Shown here: piece after piece, positions 38,901 to 50,575 of the stretch | Layout: every line of letters begins with the position of its first letter | Position numbering within the stretch: the stretch's first letter is position 1 | Assembly: GCA_012295275.1 (NCBI GenBank) | Contig: CM022668.1 | Coordinates: forward strand, 8,184,001 to 8,248,000 | Source of the DNA: Chrysomallon squamiferum | Taxonomy: Eukaryota; Animalia; Mollusca | DNA length: 64,000 nucleotides | Direction: 5' to 3' | Translations under genes and position numbers: made by a program | Notes under the pieces: generated by a model | What the model was told of the DNA's origin: nothing | Seen by the model: the letters and a program-made list of their open reading frames with translations, nothing else | The model's database searches: none

Positions 38901-41900
38901 CAAATTGCTGCCACTCATAATTTTACACCAACCAGTACAATATTAATTAAAATATCACAAGAATTACAACAACAAAATCACCAACTACCTTGATGCAAGC
39001 TGACAAGATTCTAGTCCTTTCTACTGCATACCACTGAAGGTTAAAATGGCAATAGAGAAAAGAAAAATCAACGACAGCTAAACCCGAGCTAGCAGTTCAT
39101 ATGCGAAGTCCTCAAATCATGTCATTATTAAAATGCAACAGATTTTCATTAATAAACTCACACACAAACTGAAAATCCCTCAGAGAAGCAATAGCAAAAA
39201 CAGACTCATAAACCTCTCCAGTTTATCTAGCATTAAACAACACTGCCTGATTGTACCTTCGATTATTCTTCAAGCCCTGGGATGCAATACGAGGTAGGGG
39301 GGAAAAAAAGAAGAAAAAAAAGATAGGAGAGAGAAGAGGAAAAATCAATACCTGGCGACAAAGAAAGTTGTCAGACACATGTATTGCAATGCTGTGACTG
39401 GGAATGGGGTCTCCTGGGTAAAGGTCTTTGAGCTGCAATCATAAAGCTTTTGTGGACATCAGATTTGCTTGTATTATTATTAATCTGATTTGCTTACATC
39501 ATTAATTAGATCTTCTTATATAATTTAATCAAATTTGCTATCATTTTTTAATCATATTTGCCTTTCATTTTCATTAGGATATGCTGATAATTTAAAGTAA
39601 AATTTGATTATGTTGTTAATAAAAATTTATTACCATTGAATTATATAATGCTGTTTTAAATATAAGAATTTTTTATTATTATTAATATTTGATGATTCTG
39701 TTAAAAAGAATAACAGGTAATGTTAATCAGAATAGACTTCATCCTTGATGTCCAGTAAATAGTATCATAACAGAAAAAATATATTATTAATAGGCTCTGA
39801 TGATTCTGTCAAAGAGAACTGAGATTTCAGATTTAATTTCTCTTGTGTACACTTAGAAATTTTACAGTTGACTAATAAAACAAATGTCAGCAAAACATTA
39901 CTGGCAAAACAAGCAGACTTAATAAAATAAGAAAAATAAAATTTAAGTTTCTAGATTAGCAGTTTAAAGAATCAGTATTATAAATCCTCCAACCTCCATT
40001 TATTATATATGATCTTCACTGATGTCCCAAATGTATGTAAATTCAAATCTAGAGTTATGGTTGCCCTTTATAGAGTTGTAACAGTGTTATTTTGTCATCC
40101 ATATGTATAGCTGATGACTGGGAAATTGTCAAAATCAGGGACAACAACTACTTTCAGATTATCTCAAATGTATAGATCACCTAAGACACTGCCTAATAAG
40201 AAAAACAAGCCAAGTTCATAGTCATTTGAAATAAACCTACAAAGCATTCTCCTCAACATTATCTAGTCTGTGGGAGGTCCACTAATCACTGCCTCATCAA
40301 ATAAATGTTGACATCTAAGTTGTCACCCATTAACTTCAATGAGCATTCTTCTTAAATGCTATCCTTATGAATGACAGAACTGGCAATGACAATGGACTGT
40401 GGGTGACAATCCTATATCTGGTGCATTAACATTCTGTTTCTTACAAAAAGCAAAAGAAGCATGATGTGCTTGCCTCTCACAGTAAATTCATTTGAAACCA
40501 TCATGCATGTAAAGATATTCTATGTATGATGGAAGAATGTTTTTATCTTCTGCCTGTAAAATGTTACTTCTGTCATGACTGTTGATTCAGTCTGCCAAAT
40601 CCACAAAAAGTCGTGAATTCCTTTGGAAAGCCAGATTAATTATTGCCTCTGGAGCAATAGGTGCTACAGGCTTTTATTTTGCAGAATGATCTCACCACAG
40701 ATGTCTAGCAGTAAGGTTTGAACTGCCCTGACAAATAATGCAAGTCCCTTTTCTTTTTGAATAAAAGATCAGAGATTTATTTTTTGTAAGGGAAGAACTG
40801 TGAAAGGATTCCAGGGGAAGGGTTGCTGTCCACTGAATGCACTGTAAGAGTTCAGGCTGGACCTGGGTAACTACTTACATTTACATTTGCTGTTCTGCTT
40901 GTATAACCTTTATGTGATTGTTGTGACAAATTACTGTTATTCTAGTCCTGCTATTTTGAATGTTAGGCACTAGTGCTAATACAGTTTTGAATGTGTCTTG
41001 TATTTGTTGTGTTTCCAGTGAACAAAAACATGCTACTGTATTTGTATATCTATATGTATACATAGATCCTGTATCGGATACCCCTAGAGCTTAGCCAACT
41101 CGGGTAGTTACCCGCCCGAGACAGAGATATATATTTATTTAAAGCTGCATGAAATCCCCATATCGAACACCATAATAACAGTTGTAATTAATTATCTCTG
41201 GAGGTGCTTAATTTTGTTTTTCCATGTGTCTTTTACATAAATACAATTTGTAATGAAAAAAAGATTTAATATTTCTTTTGTAATTGTTTTAAAGATATAA
41301 TATTTGTGTTTTTGTATATACATGTATAAAGACACACACACAACAAATACAAAGACACAACAAAATTTGTTTAAACTGGATTTCTTTTCAAACCAAGGAA
41401 AATAAATAAATAAATAAATAAATAAAAATAAAATAAAAAGAATGGTTAAGTCTTAATGCCTTCTTTTCCATTTTAAATTCAATACAATATATAACATTAT
41501 TTATGAAAATAAAGTGAAATTTCTCAGAGCTGGAATTACATGAACTGTGATCAGTTTCCATAGTTTTGTGATTTATCAGGTATGTAATGTAAAATCTTTA
41601 TAAACTAAACATTCATCCAAACTGAACTTGTTATTGTTTGCTTTTGAAAAGTAAATATTCCTATGAATACATACAAATATATATTCTAAACTGACAAAAG
41701 AACAAATTAATTTTTAAACAATATAAAACATCAAATGTATTTCTGGATAAATAATTTGTATTGGCAATGACACTGAATTTTAGCTTGGTGGTCTGGGGTC
41801 ATGCCAGTGTCGGATGGTTTTCATATTTAATTAATGTCTCAAATGTCTGCATCTTTTGTTGATTTGCTGACACAAAGCTTCGCAACAAAGTGTTCATTAT

Positions 41901-44900
41901 CTTAACAAGAATTTTTCTGACATGTAATTTGGCTTTTAAACAGTCTGCATTAAGTACTGCTATCAACATGGAACCATGACTGTTCACTTTATTGTATGAT
42001 TTACACACTGCAAAATTCCAATGAAAAAATATAAATTATAATGTTACCAGTTCCCTTTCTCATTTGATATATAATGCCCACAGCAATTTAACTATTTCTT
42101 TTCTAATTTATTAGAATGACAGTAATTAGTAGCAAACTGTCATGGGAGGAAACAAAAAAAACAAAAAAATTCTTATATGCATCAGTTAAAATAATAATAC
42201 CTGTAGGAAAGGGTAGGTATTCTTTTTTATTTTCTACTCCATATTTGCTTATTAAAGATGTTATTATTTCACATTATAACAATTAATTTTTAGCAAAAAT
42301 GTTTTTTTTAAGATACAGTATAAATCATTGTGTCATCTGCTAGACAGAGATTGAGATACCTTTCCTAAAAGTAATGAGAAGGTGACAAGAGAGTAAAACA
42401 AAGTACATTACCTTCTGCCCTCCACCTCCTCCACTGCTGCTGCTGTCAGTGGTCCCTGTAGATGCTGTTGTGTTGATGGAGGTCAGTGATCCTCTTCTTT
42501 CCATTCCAATATCTTCAAGTGAGGTGGAATCACTTTCCATATCACTGAAAATAAATAAATAAATAATGTAAATAAATAATGTAGAAGCACAAGTAGTAGC
42601 AGTAGAAATAGCAGTGGTGAGAGTTGTAGCAATAATGGTTCTAGTAACGTGAGTATAGATAGTAGTAGTGACAGTAGTGGATAGTAGTAGTAATGGTTAG
42701 TGGCCACTGCTTATGATAACCTAATTGGAATGGGGGATAAACAGAAGAACAAACGACTCACCGACTAGCTCTGCTTGAGTTAAAGAGTTTTGGGGGGTTT
42801 GAACATTGTAGGTTGTTGGTCTTTGAGGACATTATGCATGTACGTCATTCTTTCCTGAATCAACTCTCGCATTTTCTTCACCCAGTTCTGTTTTGTTTCC
42901 AGTGAAGAAGCCTTTAAAAAAACATCAAACATTTTTAAGTAAAGGTCTAGGCTGCCCATAAATGTTTTGTTTTCAATCTTTTGTTTAGTGATAATGAATA
43001 AAATACAATACTTTCAAAAATTCTGAACATAAATCATCATCATCATTATCATTATTATGAATATGATCATCAACATTATTATTATTATTATTATTGTTGT
43101 ATGGTTATTTCATAATTTTTTAATAAATAACTATCATAAAAAGACAAAACCATTGCTTATTAAAGGTAAAAGATGAACATTTTGTCATGTAAAATGATTC
43201 TGAAAGTCACTAGTTTTCAGGTTTAGCTGTGTTCCATATTATAGTTTCTATCTTCAACTGTGATACAGAATATAGTTTTATCAGTAATTTTGTACATTGC
43301 AGACATGTTTATAATATGAGAAGAAAACTAATGAAAAAAAAGAGAAAGCCCAACTAACCTTGAGTATAATTCTGTAGTCTGAAATAGGAGCTCGGCCAGT
43401 CCACAGTGCAAACTTAGTTTCATCTCCTTCAATATGTTCTGTAATGTTGATTTCTGAGATCTGAACAGAAATAAATAAATAAAATAGAATAAAATTTTAA
43501 AAAGTTTAATTAAATAAATGAATGAATGAATGTATGCATGAATAAACCAATAGAGGAATGAATAAATAAATACACAAAGAAGAAGAATATTTATTAGGAA
43601 AATAAAAGAGTAACCACAAAAAAAGAAGAAAAAAGTTATAAATACTTTTTTGGATTTGTTTTTGAATATCAGAAAACAAAATGAAAACTTTTCATTAAAA
43701 CAACCAGACAAAACAAATTTTCAAAGAGAAAACAAGACATAAAACAAAACACAAAAAATTCTTTCTGAATAGCAACAAAAGAAAACATCACCACAAAACA
43801 GATTTAATGATGACACTTTACAAAAAAATAAAAAAATAGAAAATCTTACCATTAGTTTGAACTTGTACATGTACTTGACCTTTCCATTACTGTCCTTGAC
43901 CTCTTTGGAGAAAATCAGACACATTTCAAACAGGAAGAGATGTCTTTCTCTTTCCCTTTTGATGAGAAGTTTTGGGTCCCACACAGTAAATGTGTCCTGT
44001 AGTAAAACCTCACACAGAGCCTCAACATTTTCCTCTAAACCGTCCAACATACTCAGATGTAAGGCATCATTAGCCTTCTTAGGTACACTCAACATCACAT
44101 CCAGTCCATCCTGTTATTAATAAAAGTAACAATTTTAATAGTAATAACAGAAATAATAGTAATTAAATAATAATAATAATAATAATAATAATAGTTGTAG
44201 CAGAACTATAATAGTAATTTTAATAATGATAATAAATAATTATAATTTTATAATTATAAAATCATAATTATAGTGACTAACAATAATCATATATATACAT
44301 AAGAACACTCTCACTTTCATCTAAACACTCACACTATTACAACAGAATCTCAGATTTATCACATCATTTTTTTCACCAGTTCAGATGATGCCTGACAATT
44401 TTTCTACCATATTTCAAGTTTTTAGCATTATATGATATTACCTTCTCTGCTAGTAAAGAAAGTTAATCTTTAAAATTAGTGGATTACTTTTTTTTTAAAT
44501 ATTGTAATACAGTATACAAATTTTACAACTGGAGTTCACTGTTTTCATCTTAATATCCAAAATTATTCCTCGCAAAAAGATCTTTAAACAGAAGTGAATA
44601 TTTGGTCACTAAAATGTTTGTCATCTGCTTACCTTAAGTTCCCCTGTGTGTTCCTCGCAACATGCAAGTAGATCTTTAAGTAGAAGCTGGTATTTGGTCA
44701 CTCTCTGTACTGGTTTTATCAGGTACGAGGCCACTGGCTCATTCAGTTTAAACTTAGCCTGCATCTCCTGTGTAAAAATATTAAAATAAATAAATTTTAG
44801 TTAATGTTAATTGTCTTTTTACTTCTCCTGTTTTTTAATCTACAAAATACAAAAAACAGGTAAATCACTCCTTTATTTGAGATATCCAGATATTTTCAAA

Positions 44901-47900
44901 TGTTCAAGACAAATTCATAACCTACATCTCAGGTGATTTATATTATATAAAATATCTGTGAGACTATATATATATATATATATATTAGTATAATTTTATC
45001 AAAGCCCAATGGTTTTTCATTACATTTCATATCACAATGTAAACCTTTCTGGTAAGATATGCTGAACCTAAACAAGTAATGTACCTTAAACTGATTACGA
45101 AAAACAAATGCCAAAAGTTTTAATTATAAAGTCAATATTTTTTTTTTTTTTTTTTGCATATTAAATAACAGTTTTAATATAGGCAAAAATAATAAGACGA
45201 ATGATCAATATATATGAATTAAAATTAAATAAAAACTGGTATAATACAAACCTCAAAGAAACTTTTTGCCTGGTCAACCAAAAGTGCATTCGAGTCTGGT
45301 TTGTTTTTACAGTAAGTCACATACATAGAAAACTTCTCTGCCTGTGAATATAAGATATGAAAAAAATGTATAATGCCTGATTAAATAATAAATTATTCTT
45401 GTTCTAAAATAGATAGTTGTTTTTTATTTTGGATTTCTACCCCACTTTATATTTCTAGATATTTATTTATTTTAAAAATACAAAATATAAATTTAAAAGT
45501 TATAAATTATTCACATGATGTAGTGATTCAAAATGAAGTTAAATTTTATTTTGGGAGTGGGGTTATGTCTAAGAACTGCTCTCAGTATATTCCACAGGAA
45601 GACTACAAACTGTTGAAACATTATGATTATGACAGCTAGAGTAAATAAATGCATAACAACAAGAAAAGTGGGAATAAGCTGCTGTAGAATGAATTTGTAC
45701 ATCAATGATATAAATATGTGAATATAGTCTGAAAATTAACTATATATTTATGAATATATTAAAAATTGAAAGAGCACACACATATTAGCATTGTACCACA
45801 AAAATACAAGATTCTGCTTAAGAAGAATATAAAGTATGAATATAAATTAAACTAAAGAAGAACAACACTAACCCAAGTAACAAAACAATGGCCCACATCT
45901 TCTGGCATTGTTTCATACTTCTCCAGTTCTTTGAGGAAAACACTGTAAACAGAAGAGAATTCTTTAACTCATAAAACAATACATACATTGTTTTATTTTA
46001 CTATTATTTATATAATGTTTTGTTTATATATATCAATACTTGACCACTTCCAAATATTATACAGAATATAAGGGAATCATTTATTTATTTATTTATTTAA
46101 ATTGATATTTATTTATTCCTTTTTTCTTTTTTTATGATTTGAAAAAAAAAAAAAAAAAAAAAACCCAGCAAAACAGTTAATATTTTCAGACTTACTCTCT
46201 ATGAAATTTGTAAATTTCTTCCAAATTTCCAAATATGATTTTCCCTTTACCCACAATTCCTGCTGGTGGGTTGTTTCCTGGAACATCCATGGTGTAGAGA
46301 TAACACTGAAAATAAAGTTTTTGTGAAAGATTAATACTGACAATGTATAAACTGCTCTAAAATATTTTTTAAAATGAATTTTTATTCAGAGCCAAAATAA
46401 AAACCTATAGAAGACAACATAAGAAGGTGAAAATTAATATTAACATAATTTTCAGTTAATAAATGTCAAGATTCCTTTTGTTTTGCACTTTTTCATTAAT
46501 AATATTTAAAAATGTAATATTAAAAGTAAAAAAATACCTTCAGACAAGTTTCAAGATCTTTAACATACGTCCTTTCTGTTTGAAGAAGTTCAGCCATAAT
46601 AAACCTTTAAAAAAAGAATAATAAGTAAAAGTAAAACAAATATTTAAAATTAAATAAATGAATAAATAAAATATAAGATAAAGATTTTAAAATGTATTAC
46701 TATGGTAAATTCTTCACTTTTTTGAACCCCCAAAAAAGAATAAGTAAGAGATTAACAACAGTAACAATATTAATAACAACAAAAATTTAACAACAACAAC
46801 AATAATAAAAATCTGCAATATGAAAAGAAATAAAGTACTGACTCTCTTCTGCGTGCTGATTTCCTCCTTTGTTCTGTGAGCTCCTTTGGTGTGTGATGTA
46901 ATTTTTCTTCTATAGATGAGTCACTCTGTCTCTGCTCCTCCTTTTCAGTCTGCTGCAACAAATAAATAAATAAATAAATAAATAAATATATAAATACCAA
47001 TGCAAAGTAAGTTCACCATTTCCAGATAAAACCATCATTTCATTGCTAAAACAGGAAAGGTTTCCTTAATCACAATGATAAAAATGATAACGATAATGTA
47101 ACAATGAACATCTTATAAAAATAAATATATGTTATAACAAAATAAATATATCTGAAATAATAAAACAGTAAAAAAAATTTAAAAGATATTTAAATAATGT
47201 ACAGTTCTGTAATCTTCTTACCATTGATAACGAAATAGATATAAAAGACAGAACAATTTATTTTATTTATTTTATTTTTTCAAACTGACATCTAAAATTT
47301 CTAAACAAACAGACTATCAGGATCTGTTTGTTGCCTGAAGCATTCACCAATAACACATTTTTCTCATAGATTAAATACTTCACTATCAAAAGTAACACAA
47401 ATTCAGCACAGATAAAAAAAAAATCATTCTAGTTCCCTCTGGCCTCAACCACACACCACCAGACTTTTTAATTAAATAAGTACAAGTCTTAAAAATATAA
47501 ATTAACTTAAACATAAATACATTTTGGAAGTGTTTCTCAAAAAATAAACTCACCTAACCATAAACACTGCAAAAGGCTTCCACCATCATACATTTTGGCT
47601 TCCAACATAATTAGAAGAGAAAAAAGTATTATAAACATGCATGATTTAAGCTTTAAAAATGTCTTACCACTTCATTCTTGGTAATTCCGAGTTTGCCCTC
47701 AAGCTGTTGACGATATTTTTCCATTCTTGATGAAAAGTCTTTATAGCGCTTATCCACAGCGGAACACCACTGCATGATATTGGATGCATGGATGTTGCCC
47801 TTGGAAACAAAGCCATCAGCTAGCTGTAGCAGCAGTTTGACATTTTCTTTAGTTTCCTAATAAATTTAAAATAAAAAAAAAGAAATTAAAAATAAAAGAA

Positions 47901-48053
47901 GGAAAGAATGAAATTATAGATATCAGAGCCAACTGAAATGAATAACCAGATTTAAAAATATTTTTTTAAATTACATATACAATAAAAAGAAATTTATCAG
48001 GTTTAAATTTTCTAGTTCAAGCTGGAGTTTAAAATTGAATACTGCTTTGAAGA

Positions 48054-48096
<43 letters not shown>

Positions 48097-49160
48097 GCAC
48101 ACATACACACTACTAACAATTATTAGTTGATCTATATTAATTTTTGTTCTTATTTATATGGATTTTCTAATATAGTTTGTAACCTTGATAATATTTATAT
48201 GCAGATCTAAAGGAAATTAAAATATTCAAAACTCTGACTAAACACCATCTGCAATACTTTACTTTTGAAATTTTAAACAGAAAAATAGCATGTGTTTTAA
48301 ACAGAAAAATAGCATGTGACTATAATATTTAATTGCTTATTGCTGTTTGACTAACAAAAACAATGTTGATAATAACTGGAAAATAATAATGGAATAAGTA
48401 TAATGATAATGAGAATGATGGTTATGATAATGGTAATGCTGCAGGTTGTGATGATACTGTCAAATACAATGACAATAATGATATTAAAAATGATTATAAC
48501 ATTACTGTAATAATGGTAACAAGAACACTAAGAACAATAACAATAATAATAACAATGATGATGATGATGAAGATAATGATAATAATAACCTTTGCTTTGT
48601 TTCTAAACTCATAATGTTCTTTTAGCAGTTGCTCTGTTTCTGGTTTGGTGCTACCAACATTTGTGTGAGATGTCAAGTATGCTTCTCCATAGTCACGTAT
48701 CCATTCAAGTGCCTGCAGATAATAAGGGTAACAATAACTGTATCAATAACAACAACAACAGCTGCAACTGTAACAACATAATAAAACAGAATCTACATTA
48801 AAATAAATTTATTAAAATATATTTTAAAAAAGACATAAATAAATAAATATAAGGAAAGAAAACTTTTAAATAAATAAATTGATAAAATAAATATATGGAA
48901 TATATTATATAAGACAAAAACCTCATCTAAAAATAGTAATTATTGTAAACAGTAATAGTAAAAATAATAATAAAATAAAATAAGATAATAGATAAATACA
49001 TACCTGTCTAGCACTCTGTTCAAACAGGACAAACTGCTGACACTGTTCAAGTTTACGTTTCTTCACCGTCCAGTATTCTATAACAATGTTTTCTTGTTGA
49101 AGAAGCTGATCCAGTGTAGCTGAATAATGATAATAATAACATTAACAACAACAATAATAA

Positions 49161-49237
<77 letters not shown>

Positions 49238-50356
49238 ATAACAATAACAATAACAATAACAACAATAACAATAATGCATTGTGTTTATTTTTTTTTACAT
49301 TTGTTCATACTTAAAAAACAATATATTCTACAAACAGCATAATAATCTGTGTAGCATGATTAAAACCATTTATATAGGATGAATAAAATCAATTTGAGAA
49401 TATTAAACACGTAATAATCTAAAATAAAAATTATATACCTTTAACATGACCCTCTGGACTTCGGAATTTCATCTGCATACCTAAGAAATGTAAATTTCTG
49501 TTCACATATTTTAGGAATGTTTCTGCAGTTCTTCTAGCTAATGTACAAGCCTAGAAGAAAAAAGAAATAATTAGAGTAAAATTACATATATAAATAGATA
49601 GATAGGGAAAGAAAATGAAAACAAAGACAGACATAAACAGAAAAATAAAGGCAAACATACCGATATAAAGAGAAACAGAGAAAAAAAAACTATGAATAAA
49701 TTAATATTTTTTTTATTAATTCATTTGAATGTTTAAGGTCATAAATTAACACTTAAAATATGTATGAATCTAAAATCACCATATGCATGGTTAAGCACAA
49801 CTCATGTAAAAGAAAATCCAGCAATATTATACAATTAGTAACAGGAAAAGCCACACCAAGATCTTTGACAAATCTGTTATGGGGCACTGTTATAAAACCT
49901 ATGATTTTTTTTAGTTATAAAATTATCCTAATACTAAAAAATAAATGACACTGAATTATCAATTTTATTTTTTGTGCTAAGGTGTCATTAAACAAACAAA
50001 CATATTAACCCGACCAGTTCCAAGATGTAGCAGATATGAATATTATCAATAAAGCAGAGTTTTTTCATTGCAAATTTTTAAAAATCCATCTGTGTCTTTT
50101 GTTACAGTTTTTATATTTGTGATGAAAATTCTCTAGGTGTCAGTTTTGGACTAAATTTTAATCTTGTTGTGCACCAACCTTTAGAAATGCCTCTTTCTGT
50201 TCATTGTGTTTGTTGATGAGTTGACTAAGGTAGACAGCTTTGTCAGCAATGTGAGTCTTTTCAGAGTTACACCAGTCTTCATCTCGCTTGTAGTCCCTGT
50301 CCAGTGACTCCAGCACTGACCACACCTAGTTCAAACAAACAAATAAATAAATAATG

Positions 50357-50401
<45 letters not shown>

Positions 50402-50527
50402 GTAAAAATAATTGTAATAATAACAATAACAATCATAATAATGATGATGATGATAATCATGATGATATAGAATACATAAGAAAAAATAACAATAATATAG
50501 TAAATAACAACAGCAGCAACAACAAAA

Positions 50528-50575
<48 letters not shown>

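Noticed and set aside
41799-42008. 69-aa minus-strand ORF as a Trio exon
   Set aside because: Its frame would need a phase-1 entry, whereas the upstream donor is phase 0; no recognisable homology.
42780-42782. A-to-I editing or stop read-through as the fix for the premature TAA
   Set aside because: A second in-frame TAG follows at 42767-42765 and the exon would still end in the wrong phase; only a one-base frame change repairs it.
42800-42806. Internal phase-2 donor AAT|GTTCAA that would bypass the in-frame stop in the post-PH1 exon
   Set aside because: It is a very poor donor compared with TCG|GTGAGT at 42762/42761 and would lose the R|D junction; kept only as a remote alternative.
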